NCBI GenBank assembly: GCA_963752325.1
Contig: CAVVXU010000004.1
Span: 50,559 to 114,558, forward strand
Reading direction: 5' to 3'
Source of the DNA: an uncultured Alphaproteobacteria bacterium
GTDB taxonomy: Bacteria; Pseudomonadota; Alphaproteobacteria; Geminicoccales; Geminicoccaceae
DNA: 64,000 nucleotides
Shown here piece by piece: positions 1 through 9,615 of the stretch. The notes under the pieces are model-generated. The model did no database searches. It was given only the letters and a program-made list of their open reading frames with translations, and had not been told where the DNA came from. The position numbers and the translations under genes were made by a program. Numbering within the stretch: position 1 is the stretch's first letter; the number at the start of each line of letters is the position of its first letter.

Positions 1-111
1 CGCGGGGTGGTCGAGGCCATCCGCGTACGCGACGCGGCGGCGGCCGAGAGGCTGATGAGCGAGCATATCGAGAACGCGCGCCGGCGCGTGTTCGACGGCG
101 ACGGAGGATAA
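1..111 (+). CDS. C-terminal end of a GntR/FadR-type regulator (FCD domain); the 5' part is outside the window
   Basis: Frame 1 is open from base 1 to TAA 109-111 and reads RGVVEAIRVRDAAAAERLMSEHIENARRRVFDGDGG*. This resembles the helical tail of FCD ligand-binding domains. It sits directly upstream of a uxuA-like gene, as in hexuronate regulons. The call rests on 36 aa only. Confidence 0.4.
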   Translation, partial: RGVVEAIRVRDAAAAERLMSEHIENARRRVFDGDGG

Positions 112-115
112 GGGA

Positions 116-1105
116 TTGCATCTCGGCACGCAGGTAAGGGCTCGCGGACGACAGCGATCTCGAGGTCTGGGCACAATTGGGCGTGGTGCATGTCTGCGCC
201 GATCCGCCGGGCAATCCCCACGAGCTGGACGCTCGAGACCCTGGAGCGCCACAAGGCGAAGCTCGAGGGCTACGGGCTCAGCCTCGACATGGTTCAGCTG
301 CCGCTCGGCAGCCGGCCGATCGAGGAGAGCCAGAGCCCCGACATTCTGCTGGCCGGCCCGGATCGCGACCGCCAGATCGACAGCATCTGCGAGCTCATCC
401 GCAATCTCGGCCGCGCCGGCATCCCGGCCGCCAAGTACAACCTCAACATCATCGGCATCCCGCGCACGCCCAAGGAGCCCGGCCGCGGCGGCTCGCGCAA
501 CGCGAGCTTCCGCTGGTCGCTGACCCAACAGGACGCGCCGCCCGGCCTCGCCGGCGTGCTCGATCCGGACACCAACTGGGAGCGCATCGACTATTTCCTC
601 GAGCGCGTCGTGCCCGTGGCGGAGGAGTAGCAAGGTGCGGCTCGCCTGCCACCCGCACGACCCCTACACGCCGCCCGGCTACAAGGGCGTCACGCGGGTG
701 CTGGGCACCGTCGACGGGCTGAAGAAGTTCGTCCAGCTGCGCGAGAGTCCCTGGCACGGCCTCAACTTCTGCCAGGGCACGGTGGGCGAGATGCTGGACG
801 ACCCGGGACGCGAGATCTTGGACGTGATCCGCTGGTTCGGGGAGCGCGGCAAGCTCTTCAACGTCCACTTCCGCAACATCCGCGGCCGCAAGCTCGACTT
901 CATGGAGACCTTCCCCGAGGAGGGCGACATGGACATGTGGGCCAGCCTCAAGGTCTACCGCGAGGTCGGCTATCCCTACATGCTGATGCCCGACCACGTG
1001 CCCGAGCTGAGCGGCCCGAACGGCGAGGGCGTCGCCTTCGCCTTCGTCTACGGCTACATCCGCGGCCTGCTCCAGGCGGCAGAGGCCGAGGCCGGGCATG
1101 GCTGA
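116..1105 (+). pseudogene. uxuA: mannonate dehydratase (UxuA), reading frame broken three times
   Basis: Four collinear pieces follow the order of E. coli UxuA as I recall it. Piece 1 starts at TTG116 (GGAGGA 6 nt upstream) and reads HLGTQVRA. Piece 2 starts at 147: DDSDLEVWAQLGVVHVCADPPGNPHE. Piece 3 starts at 226: WTLETLERHKAKLEGYGLSL...RVVPVAEE (ORF 190-630). Piece 4 starts at 635: [17 protein letters not shown]...MPDHVPEL (ORF 635-1105). The junctions at about 146, 225 and 630 are each a +1 frame change. Confidence 0.75.
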
Positions 1106-1185
1106 TCGGTGAGGGCGGGGCTGGACGGAACCCGACGTCCGGCCCAGTCTTCCCGTCGGGCGCATTCAGCAAGGAGGAGACGCCG

Positions 1186-2052
1186 ATGACCCTCGAGCAA
1201 CGACCCTTCGGCCGCACCGGGCACATGAGCTCGGCCGTCATCTTCGGTGCCGCGGCGCTGGGCAAGGTGGATCAGGCGACCGCCGACCGGGTCCTCGATC
1301 TTCTGCTCGAGCACGGCGTCAACCACATCGACGTCGCGGCGAGCTACGGCGATGCCGAGCTTCGGATCGGCCCCTGGATGGCGAAGCACCGAAAAGACTT
1401 CTTCCTCGCCACCAAGACCGGCCAGCGCGACTATGCGGGCGCGCGCGACGAGATCCATCGCTCGCTCGAGCGGCTGCGCACCGACAAGGTCGACCTCATC
1501 CAGCTCCACGCCCTGATCCATCCCGACGAATGGGAGCGGGCGCTGGGCAGCGGTGGTGCCCTCGAGGCGGCGGTCGAGGCGCGCCAGCAGGGCCTCGTGC
1601 GCTTCATCGGCGTGACCGGGCATGGCTGGAACGTCGCCGCCATGCACCGCCGCAGCCTCGAGCGCTTCGATTTCAATTCGATCCTGCTGCCATGGAACTG
1701 GTTCTGCGCCCACCACAGCACCTACCCGGCCGACTTCGAGGCGGTCGTCGCGATGTGCGAGGAGCGCAACGTGGCGGTCCAGACGATCAAAGCCATCGCA
1801 CGGGGGCCCTGGGCCGCCGGTGCCACCAGGGACCGCTCGACCTGGTACCAGCCGCTCGAGGACGAGGAGGACATCAAGACCGCGGTCGAGTGGGTCCTGG
1901 GGCGACCCGGGATCTTCCTCAACTCGGTGGGCGATGTGGGGCTCCTGCCGACCGTCCTTCGCGCGGCCGAGGAGCACGGCAAGATGCCGCCGGAGGCCCT
2001 GATGGCGCAATTCAGCGGCCGCGCCGGGCTCTCCTCGATTTTCGGGCTCTGA
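1186..2052 (+). CDS. aldo/keto reductase family oxidoreductase
   Basis: ATG1186 is preceded by AAGGAGGA (1171-1178). The protein [26 protein letters not shown]...[12 protein letters not shown]...DLIQLH is typical of the AKR N-terminus and active-site region. The upstream part of ORF 937-2052 is a low-complexity Arg/Gly artefact. Confidence 0.9.
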   Translation: MTLEQRPFGRTGHMSSAVIFGAAALGKVDQATADRVLDLLLEHGVNHIDVAASYGDAELRIGPWMAKHRKDFFLATKTGQRDYAGARDEIHRSLERLRTDKVDLIQLHALIHPDEWERALGSGGALEAAVEARQQGLVRFIGVTGHGWNVAAMHRRSLERFDFNSILLPWNWFCAHHSTYPADFEAVVAMCEERNVAVQTIKAIARGPWAAGATRDRSTWYQPLEDEEDIKTAVEWVLGRPGIFLNSVGDVGLLPTVLRAAEEHGKMPPEALMAQFSGRAGLSSIFGL

Positions 2053-2061
2053 AGCGGCCCG

Positions 2062-2086
2062 GGCGCCTCAGGCCGCCTGAGGCGCC
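2062..2086. terminator. perfect 11-bp stem hairpin between convergent genes (candidate bidirectional terminator)
   Basis: GGCGCCTCAGG (2062-2072), loop CCG, CCTGAGGCGCC (2076-2086). It starts 10 nt after the AKR stop and overlaps the stop codon of the dioxygenase gene on the minus strand. There is no U-tract. Confidence 0.4.
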
Positions 2087-2955
2087 ATCTTGCCGCGGAT
2101 CTGGGTGCGATGCATGACGCGACGGCTCTTCGGATCGAAGGCGTCGCGGCGATGCAGGGTCGAGCGGTTGTCCCAGAGCAGAAGGTCGCCCACCCGCCAG
2201 CGATGGGCATAGGCGAACCGCCCGGCGTTCTCCTCGACATGGCTCCAGAGGGCATCGAGCAGCGCCTCGGACTCCTCGAGCGGCATGCCCACGACATAGG
2301 CGTTGCGGCGCCGGCCGAGATAGAGCAACTCCTGGCCGCTCTCCGGATGCCGCACGACGATCGGGTGAGGCTCGCCGACAGAGCGGCGGGGATCGTCCGT
2401 GGCCACGACGCCGGCCCGAACATAGCCGCCGGAATTGTAGGTGCCGTCATGCTTGATCTGGCGGCCGCGCACAGCCTGACGCAGCTTCTCCGGCAGGGCC
2501 TGCCACGCTGCCGCCATGCCGTAGAGCCAAGTGTCGCCACCCTCGGGCGGAACCTCGAGGGCGTAGAGCATCGAGGCGTCGGGTGGGATCGGAAGATAGG
2601 ACATGTCGGTGTGCCACACCGCCTCGCCGGCCCCGAGGCTGCCGATGGGCTTGCCGCCGGCGTCCAGCACGTTCGAGACCACATAGACCTCCGGGAGACC
2701 CGGCACGGCGGTGCGCCCGTTCTCCATGACGGGCGCATGGTCGAGCTCGCCGAAGCGCCGGCTGAAGGTGACGAGCGCCTCGTCGCTCAGATGCTGGCCG
2801 CGAAAGAGCAGTGCCGCGCGTTCCAGCCAGATCCGGCGGATCGCCTCGAAGGTCGCCTCGTCGATGTGAGCGAGGTCGACCCCGATGATCTCCGCGCCGA
2901 CGGCCGATGTGAGCGGGCGGCTCTCGATCGCCACCTCTTCCCGCGACAGACCCAT
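2068..2955 (-). CDS. TauD/TfdA-family Fe(II)/2-oxoglutarate dioxygenase
   Basis: ATG at 2955 with GGAGAGG upstream. MGLSREEVAIESRPLTSAVGAEIIGVDL...AVWHTDMSY (HxD iron motif)...WDNRSTLHRR is the typical TauD-family layout. The upstream 80 codons of ORF 2068-3195 are non-coding-like. Confidence 0.9.
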   Translation of the reverse strand: MGLSREEVAIESRPLTSAVGAEIIGVDLAHIDEATFEAIRRIWLERAALLFRGQHLSDEALVTFSRRFGELDHAPVMENGRTAVPGLPEVYVVSNVLDAGGKPIGSLGAGEAVWHTDMSYLPIPPDASMLYALEVPPEGGDTWLYGMAAAWQALPEKLRQAVRGRQIKHDGTYNSGGYVRAGVVATDDPRRSVGEPHPIVVRHPESGQELLYLGRRRNAYVVGMPLEESEALLDALWSHVEENAGRFAYAHRWRVGDLLLWDNRSTLHRRDAFDPKSRRVMHRTQIRGKMAPQAA

Positions 2956-3041
2956 GATCGCCTCTCCCGATTGGCTCCTCGCCCTCGCATCGGATGATCT
3001 ATGACCGGCGCGGATCGACAGCAAGGCGGTCCTGCTCGCCC

Positions 3042-3398
3042 TCAGCGGTGATGATATTGAAGCGCCACGCGCACGCCCTTGAACGAGCGCAGCAGCGTCA
3101 CGACGCCAACCACCGCGAGCGGCAGCCAGATCACCAGATGCACCCAGGCCGGCGGCGACCAGACGATCTCGACGATCAGCGCCCCGAAGACGCAAACGAA
3201 CCCGACGAGCAGGATCAGGAGCGCGGCCGGTCCGTCGTCCTCGTCATAGGGGCGAAGATCGAGACCGCAGACCTCGCAAGCGGGCGTCGGCGCCAGAAAG
3301 CCCTTGAACAGGTGCCCGCGCCCGCAGCGGGGACAGCGGCATCTCATGCCGGCGAGCCAGGGTGACGGCTCGGACGGGACCGCGGAGCGCGATGTCAT
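3042..3398 (-). CDS. DUF983-type small membrane protein with an N-terminal CxxC...CxxC zinc ribbon
   Basis: 118 aa containing CPRCGRGHLF...CEVCGLDL, followed by two hydrophobic helices. Third codon positions are G/C-rich. Confidence 0.75.
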   Translation of the reverse strand: MTSRSAVPSEPSPWLAGMRCRCPRCGRGHLFKGFLAPTPACEVCGLDLRPYDEDDGPAALLILLVGFVCVFGALIVEIVWSPPAWVHLVIWLPLAVVGVVTLLRSFKGVRVALQYHHR

Positions 3399-3432
3399 GA
3401 TCGACCACGATCCTGCCGTCGCCGGCGGCGCC

Positions 3433-4335
3433 TCAATCCTCGGGTCCGAGCTTCACGCCGTTCGCCCGCGCAAGACCGCGGGCGATCGCCGGGACGTAGC
3501 TCTCGCCCTCGCCCTGGGCCATGGCGAGGGTGAATGTCTGGTGGACCATCTCACCCAGAAAGGCGGTGGAGCCCACGGCCTCGGCCAGGTGCGTGTAGTA
3601 GCGGACGTCCTTTTGAGCATGCTTGAGCTTGAAGAGCATGCCGCCCTCCGAGCTGCCCAGAACCCAGGGCATCATCCGCTGGAACACGCTGCTGTTGGCA
3701 CCGCCCTCGCTGATGACCTCGAAGAGCTTCTCGAGGTCGACGCCGGCCTTGCTCGCCGTCGTGCAGGCCTCGGCGATCAGGGCCGCCGTGCCCTGGCTGA
3801 TGAAGTTGTTGACGAGCTTCAGGCCATGGCCTGCGCTGAGCGGCCCGACATGCCAGATGTTCTCGCAATAGGCGGCAAGGAGGGGACGGATCAGCCCGAA
3901 GAGCTCCTCGTCGGCGCCCACTACGCTGTTCAGCCGGCCCTCCTCGGCCTGGACAGGTGTGCGCATCAGCGGCGCGTCGGCAAAGCGGATGCCTTTTGCG
4001 GCCAGGGCCTCGCCGAGACGAAGCGTCGAGGCGGGTTCGGCCGTCGTCGTGTCGATCACGACGAGGCCCTCGTCGGCGCCCGCGAGGATCCCCTCCGGTC
4101 CGAGCACGGAGGCCTCCACTTCGACGGAGGAGGGCACGCAGAGGATGACCGCGTCGGCACCGCGCGCAAGCTCTGCCGGGGTTGCCGCGAGCGTGGCCCC
4201 GCCCTCGATCAGATCGGTCACCCGCCCGCGCTCGCGATGGAGCAGCAGCGACAGGGAGAAGCCCTTCTTCAGGATGCTCTTTGCCATGCCGTGGCCCATC
4301 AGGCCCGCGGCGCCGATGAAGCCGATACGCTTCAT
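3433..4335 (-). CDS. NAD(P)-dependent oxidoreductase of the 3-hydroxyisobutyrate / 6-phosphogluconate dehydrogenase family
   Basis: ATG at 4335. MKRIGFIGAAGLMGHGMA is a Rossmann GxGxxG motif, and ...GHGLKLVNN... is typical of HIBADH-like enzymes. 300 aa. The longer ORF 3433-4704 overlaps the lepA start. Confidence 0.9.
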   Translation of the reverse strand: MKRIGFIGAAGLMGHGMAKSILKKGFSLSLLLHRERGRVTDLIEGGATLAATPAELARGADAVILCVPSSVEVEASVLGPEGILAGADEGLVVIDTTTAEPASTLRLGEALAAKGIRFADAPLMRTPVQAEEGRLNSVVGADEELFGLIRPLLAAYCENIWHVGPLSAGHGLKLVNNFISQGTAALIAEACTTASKAGVDLEKLFEVISEGGANSSVFQRMMPWVLGSSEGGMLFKLKHAQKDVRYYTHLAEAVGSTAFLGEMVHQTFTLAMAQGEGESYVPAIARGLARANGVKLGPED

Positions 4336-4530
4336 GTCCTGTCTCCCTCCGTTGCGCGAGGCTTGATCCATAAAGAGAGCGGGGCCGGCCGAACAGGCGG
4401 CACGGCGCATGAGAGCCCCGATAACGGGCGATTGGGTCTTCTCTCTTGCTGCGGCGATCCGATGACCCGAGACAGCGCCGGCCGGTCGCGGTAAACGGTC
4501 GCCGCCCCCATGTCTCCAAACGGCCATCCG

Positions 4531-6328
4531 ATGACTGAGCTTTCGCATATCCGCAACTTCGCGATCGTGGCGCACATCGATCACGGCAAGTCGACGCTGG
4601 CCGACCGGCTGATCGAGCGCTGCGGCGGGCTGCAGGCGCGCGAGATGACGAGCCAGGTTCTCGAACTCCATGGACATCGAGCGCGAGCGCGGAATCACGA
4701 TCAAGGCCCAGACCGTGCGCCTCAGCTACACCGCCCGAGGCGGCGAGACGTACCAGCTCAATCTCATCGACACGCCGGGGCACGTCGACTTCTCCTACGA
4801 GGTCAGCCGGTCGATGCGTGCGTGCGAGGGTGCCCTGCTGCTCGTCGACGCCACCCAGGGTGTCGAGGCGCAGACGCTGGCCAACGCCTATCAGGCGATC
4901 GACGCCGATCTCGAGATCGTGCCGGTGCTGAACAAGATCGACCTGCCGGCATCGGAGCCCGCGCGCATCAGGCAGCAGATCGAGGACATCATCGGCCTCG
5001 ACGCCGAGGATGCGCTGATGATCTCCGCCAAGACGGGCCAGGGCGTGGACGAGGTGCTGGAAGCCATCGTCGCACGGCTCCCGGCGCCCAAGGGCGAGCG
5101 CGATGCGCCGCTTCAGGCGCTCGTCGTCGACAGCTGGTACGACAGCTATCTGGGTGTCGTGACGCTCGCCCGGGTCCGCAACGGCAGCATCAAGAAGGGC
5201 CAGAAGATTCGGTTCATGGGCAGCGGCGCTGCCCATCCGGTCGACCGGGTGGGCGTATTCACACCCAAGCCCCTTCTGGTCGACGAGCTGGGGCCGGGCG
5301 AGGTGGGTTTCATCACCGCCGGCATCAAGGAGATCGCCGACGCCCGGGTGGGTGACACCGTGACGGACGATCGCCGTCCGGCCGAGGCCCCGTTGCCGGG
5401 CTTTCGCCCGAGCCAGCCGGTCGTCTTCTGCGGCATGTATCCAACCGACGCCAACGACTACGACCAGCTCCGGGACAGCCTCGGCAAGCTGCGCCTCAAC
5501 GATGCGAGCTTCGAGTTCGAGCCCGAGAGCTCGGGCGCTCTGGGCCTCGGCTTCCGCTGCGGCTTTTTGGGCCTGCTTCATCTCGAGATCGTGCAGGAAC
5601 GCCTCGATCGCGAGTTCAACCTCGACCTCGTGATCACGGCACCCTCGGTGGTCTATCGGGTGCACACCACCGACGGCCAGGTGCTGGAGCTGCACAATCC
5701 GGCGGACTATCCCGATCCCACCAAGATCGACCATGTCGAGGAGCCGTGGATCAAGGCCACGATCATGGTGCCCGACGAGTATCTGGGCAACGTACTCCAG
5801 CTCTGCCAGGAAAAGCGCGGCATCCAGGAGGACCTCACCTACGTCGGCAACCGGGCCATGGCGGTCTACCGCCTGCCGCTCAACGAGGTGGTCTACGACT
5901 TCTATGATCGCCTGAAGTCGATGACACGAGGCTATGCCAGCTTCGACTATCGGCTCGACGGCTATGGCGAGAGCGACCTCGTCAAGCTCGACATCATGAT
6001 CAATGGCGACCGCGTCAACTCGCTGGCGCTGATCGTCCATCGGGCGATGGCCGAGACCCGCGGCCGGGGCATGGCGGAGAAGCTCAAGGAGCTGATCCCG
6101 AGGCAGATGTATCAGGTGGCGATCCAGGCGGCGATCGGCGGCAAGATCGTGGCCCGGGAGACGGTGAAGGCCTTCCGCAAGGACGTTCTCGCCAAGTGCT
6201 ATGGCGGCGACATCACCAGGAAGCGCAAGCTCCTGGAGAAGCAGAAGGAAGGCAAGAAGCGGATGCGCAACATCGGCAGCGTCGAGATTCCGCAGGAGGC
6301 GTTCCTCGCCGCCCTCAAGATGAGCTGA
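4531..6328 (+). CDS. lepA: translation elongation factor 4 (LepA) with an apparent 1-nt insertion near 4663-4669
   Basis: [45 protein letters not shown] runs in the frame of 4510 and continues as [19 protein letters not shown]...DTPGHVDF...NKIDLP in the frame of ORF 4670-6328. The DNA GAA-C-TCC-ATG-GAC carries one base too many for a continuous ...[13 protein letters not shown]. The start at ATG4531 was chosen by alignment to the usual LepA N-terminus. Confidence 0.9.
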
Positions 6329-6335
6329 GGAGCGC

Positions 6336-6644
6336 TCAGAAGGAATCGAGCCCGCGCCGGCGCCTGCGGCACAGAAAGACGAGAAGGAGCCCCGGAACGC
6401 CGAGGCTGATCCAGGCCGGCATGGTGAGCACCGTGAGGATGGGTGGCCAGAGCGAGGGGCTGAGCCGCTTCTCGATCAGCGCCTGGAAGCCCACAAGGCT
6501 GTTGCCGTCGATGGTGTACCAGATCTCCCCGAGAGCGATCGGCTGGTAGCTGTGGTGGGCCATGAGCGCCATGATCTGGGCCACCCCGGTTGCCGCGGCG
6601 ACCAGGAGCAGCAGCACCCCGACGACGAAGCCCAATGACCGCAT
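6336..6644 (-). CDS. hypothetical small membrane protein
   Basis: 102 aa with three hydrophobic segments and a basic tail (CRRRRRG). Codon usage is G/C-ending. It converges on lepA with a 7-bp gap. No family recognised. Confidence 0.6.
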   Translation of the reverse strand: MRSLGFVVGVLLLLVAAATGVAQIMALMAHHSYQPIALGEIWYTIDGNSLVGFQALIEKRLSPSLWPPILTVLTMPAWISLGVPGLLLVFLCRRRRRGLDSF

Positions 6645-6749
6645 TCTCGTGCCCTCGATCGTGTCGGGGCCGCACCTTGGCGAACCGTGCCGGTCCTCGC
6701 AACCTGATGTTGCGTGGCCTCTTTCTCGTCGCTAAGGTCCGCGCCCGCT

Positions 6750-6837
6750 GGAGGGATGGCCGAGTGGTTTAAGGCGCACGCCTGGAAAGCGTGTTGGGGG
6801 CAACTCCTCGCGGGTTCAAATCCCGCTCCCTCCGCCA
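6750..6837 (+). tRNA. tRNA-Ser(GGA): tRNA-Ser (anticodon GGA)
   Basis: Acceptor stem GGAGGGA/TCCCTCC, D-arm GCCGAGTGGTTTAAGGC, anticodon loop CU-GGA-AA, long variable arm, T-arm GCGGGTTCAAATCCCGC, discriminator G and an encoded CCA. Confidence 0.95.
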
Positions 6838-7044
6838 ATTAATTGCAGAAATGCTTTAGATTTCAGTAGCTTACATACGCATGACCTCACCGATTGCCAC
6901 TTTAGCTACCACAGCAGGGTTCGGTCATGGGCGCACTTGAGCAGACACGTGTGGCTATCCGACGGCCCTCATAGCTGGAGCGCCGAGACTGGAGTGCCCC
7001 CGCTTGGGTGGACACCGCGTTCACTTTCGCGCAAGGAGTCGCCC

Positions 7045-7152
7045 ATGCCCAGAACACGCCCTCCTTATGCGCCGGAATTCCGGCGGCGGATGGTCGAGCT
7101 GGTCCGCGCCGGACGTGATCCGGCGGATCTGGCCCGCGAGTTCGAAGCATGA
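7045..7152 (+). pseudogene. IS3-family OrfA (HTH) N-terminal fragment
   Basis: MPRTRPPYAPEFRRRMVELVRAGRDPADLAREFEA* matches the usual IS3/IS911-type OrfA start. It terminates after 35 aa. Degenerate OrfA-like sequence (..TVAEREELIR..) is visible in other frames up to about 7330. Confidence 0.6.
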
Positions 7153-7483
7153 TCCGTAGCAGGCGGGTCATCCGACCTGCGCAGTAGCGGCGGTCAGCAG
7201 GCCGCCGAGGGGGGCCCAGGGCGATCCGGCACTCGGTTGCCGGGGCTGACCGGCAGGAAGGCCGCCGGCAGCCCAGGCCGGTCGACCCGGCACTGACGGT
7301 TGCCGAACGCGAGGAGCTCATCCGCGAGATCGCCACGGCCGAGCGGGCTCTGGCGGCCTTGGACGGCAACCGGTGCGACAGTTATCAGAAGGCGCTGGGC
7401 ATGTTCAATGAGGAGACGCGCGAGGTGTGGGCGCCGGAGGCGGTCGACCCGGACGAGCCCGAGGAAGGCGGCTATGAGCGTGA

Positions 7484-7723
<240 letters not shown>

Positions 7724-7796
7724 CACGTCAAGACAGTCGCTGACTCCCGCTGGAGCTTCGAGGTTGTGCTCAAGCGCATACGGGAGCGCCAGTCCA

Positions 7797-9494
7797 TCAA
7801 TAGTGCCCGGCGGCCCGCATCATCCGGTCGATCCGCGACTGTGCGGTGGCAAGGGCATCGGCTGGCGAGGCACCACCCGACAGCATGGCATGCAGATCCT
7901 CGCCCAGGATGTGGATGATCCGCGAGAACTCGGCCACGGGAGGGTGCGGCCAGTGCTGGAGCTGGCCGGTCTTGGCGAGACCATCGACGACCCCGATCAC
8001 CGGGCCGAGTGACAAGACCTCGGGATCGGCGGCGACGCTGAAACGCGGGCTCACCGAGGCGCCGTTCACGGCGATCAGCTTGGCGAGGCTGGGTGAGGTG
8101 AGCCACTGGGCCAGGCGCCAAGCCGGCTGGATGCGGCCCGGCGGGAGATTGGCCGGCAGCCCGATGGCATAGCCGCCCGCCGGTGCTAGGCTCCACCCCG
8201 GCCTGCCGGACGGGTGGGGGAGATACCCGGTGCGGCCGCGCGCGACCGAGGTCGGGTCGAGCTCGAACTCCGCCACCCGCGAGGACCAAGTGTAGCTCAT
8301 CGCAACTCGACCCCTGGCGTAGGCCTCGAGCCGCTGATCCCAACCCATGCCGAGAATCTCGGGGGGCGAGATCTCGATGAGGCCGAGGAGAAACTCTGCC
8401 GCCGTCAGGGCCTCGTGCGTATCGAGTGAGGGCCGCAGCGCCTCGCCCTTGAGCTGACCCAGGTCGACCTGCTCGCCCCGCCGTCTAAGGTGGAGCAGCG
8501 GCTGGCCGAAGGCCGCCAGCACCTGGGCATAGGTCTGGCCCAGCCCCTGGCCGCGTGCCGCGTTCCAGGAGATGCCATAGCGGTCGCGCGAGGCGCACTG
8601 TAGCTTCCGACCGGCTTCGCGCACCGCCTCGACCGATCGCGGCGGCTCGAGCCCGGCCTCGGCAAAGAGGTCCTGACGGTAGCAGAGAAGCTCGGCCGTG
8701 GGCTCGATCGGGATGCCGTATTGCCGGCCGTCGAGCTGGGCCGCCTCCCACGCCGCGGGATAGAAGTCGCAGATGCCGGCTGGCAGGGGATCGAGCAGGT
8801 CGTCGAGCGGCATCAGGGCCTCGGCCGCGGCAAGCTCGCCCAGCCAGGCGAAGGTGAAGCTGACGATGTCGAAGGCCGAGGTCGCGGCCTTCCGGTTCTC
8901 GAGGATGGTGCTCAGCAGCTCCTCGAGCTCGAGGACGGTGATTTCCAGCCGGCAGCCGGTCAGTCGCTCGATCGTGACCCGGAGGCGAACGATTGCGTTG
9001 AAGCTGGGCTGGCGCTTGACGAGCATCTTGATCGGCCCGAGCCCACGCCCCAGCCCCCGAAGCGGCTCGGGCGGGGCGATGATGCGGGCCGCCAGATAGG
9101 CGCCGCCGAAATAGTAGCCGGCCTCGCCGTCGGCCGGCATGCCCAGGGTCTCGCCCACGCGCGCCTTGACGTCGGCGGCCAGGCTCTCGACGCGGCGGAG
9201 CAGCTCGGCCGTGGGCTCGATCGCGAAGGATTTTCCGGTGCGGCCGCGCGGCCGGCGGAGCAGAAGGCCGGCGCTGAAGAGCTCGCCGATGCGGCGCATC
9301 GCCGTGGCGTAGGGGATGCCGCTCGCCGCGGCGAGGCTCGAGATCGTGACGAGCCGGCCTGCGAGATAGCGGCCCACGAGGAAAAGGATCATGCCCCAGA
9401 TCGGGTCCTCGGCGCGCACGCCGAGGCACTCGATCGCCGGTGCTCGCGTCCGCTCGATGAAGCGCAGCAGCGACTGCAGCTCGGCTCGCGTCAC
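7797..9494 (-). CDS. fusion protein: N-terminal winged-helix DNA-binding domain plus family-1 extracellular solute-binding-protein (SBP) fold, with no signal peptide
   Basis: 565 aa. Residues 1 to about 115 (..LVTISSLAAASGIPYATAMRRIGELFSAGLLLRR..) look like a MarR/IclR-type wHTH. The rest (..QYGIPIEPTAELLCYRQDLFAEAGL...YTWSS...) has the layout of sugar-type ABC SBPs. There is no Sec or TAT leader. Confidence 0.85.
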   Translation of the reverse strand: MTRAELQSLLRFIERTRAPAIECLGVRAEDPIWGMILFLVGRYLAGRLVTISSLAAASGIPYATAMRRIGELFSAGLLLRRPRGRTGKSFAIEPTAELLRRVESLAADVKARVGETLGMPADGEAGYYFGGAYLAARIIAPPEPLRGLGRGLGPIKMLVKRQPSFNAIVRLRVTIERLTGCRLEITVLELEELLSTILENRKAATSAFDIVSFTFAWLGELAAAEALMPLDDLLDPLPAGICDFYPAAWEAAQLDGRQYGIPIEPTAELLCYRQDLFAEAGLEPPRSVEAVREAGRKLQCASRDRYGISWNAARGQGLGQTYAQVLAAFGQPLLHLRRRGEQVDLGQLKGEALRPSLDTHEALTAAEFLLGLIEISPPEILGMGWDQRLEAYARGRVAMSYTWSSRVAEFELDPTSVARGRTGYLPHPSGRPGWSLAPAGGYAIGLPANLPPGRIQPAWRLAQWLTSPSLAKLIAVNGASVSPRFSVAADPEVLSLGPVIGVVDGLAKTGQLQHWPHPPVAEFSRIIHILGEDLHAMLSGGASPADALATAQSRIDRMMRAAGHY

Positions 9495-9527
9495 GGTTCT
9501 TGCCTCCCCGGACCGTGCGGCCCGCCC

Positions 9528-9563
9528 TTATCCATATTGAATAACTCGACCGTTCCGCAACGG
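9528..9563. promoter_or_regulatory. two inverted repeats in the divergent intergenic region (candidate operators)
   Basis: TTATCCATATTGAATAA (9528-9544) is an AT-rich imperfect palindrome in GC-rich DNA. CCGTT-CCGC-AACGG (9550-9563) has perfect 5-bp arms. Both lie between the wHTH-SBP gene (start 9494) and the dehydrogenase gene (start 9616). Confidence 0.25.
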
Positions 9564-9615
9564 TGATGGCGGGCGCATAGTCCCGCCTCAGAAAAGGCCG
9601 GGGAGGTATCGCCGG

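Noticed and set aside
4655-4675. Programmed +1 frameshift in lepA
   Set aside because: There is no slippery or hungry-codon context comparable to prfB, no upstream SD-like stimulator, and no precedent that I know of. A 1-nt insertion, real or artefactual, is simpler.
3551-6040. 829-aa ORF on the minus strand across the lepA locus
   Set aside because: It is antisense to an unmistakable LepA coding sequence. Its translation is low-complexity Arg/Ala/Gly/Pro/Asp-rich with no motifs, which is a typical shadow ORF in GC-rich DNA.
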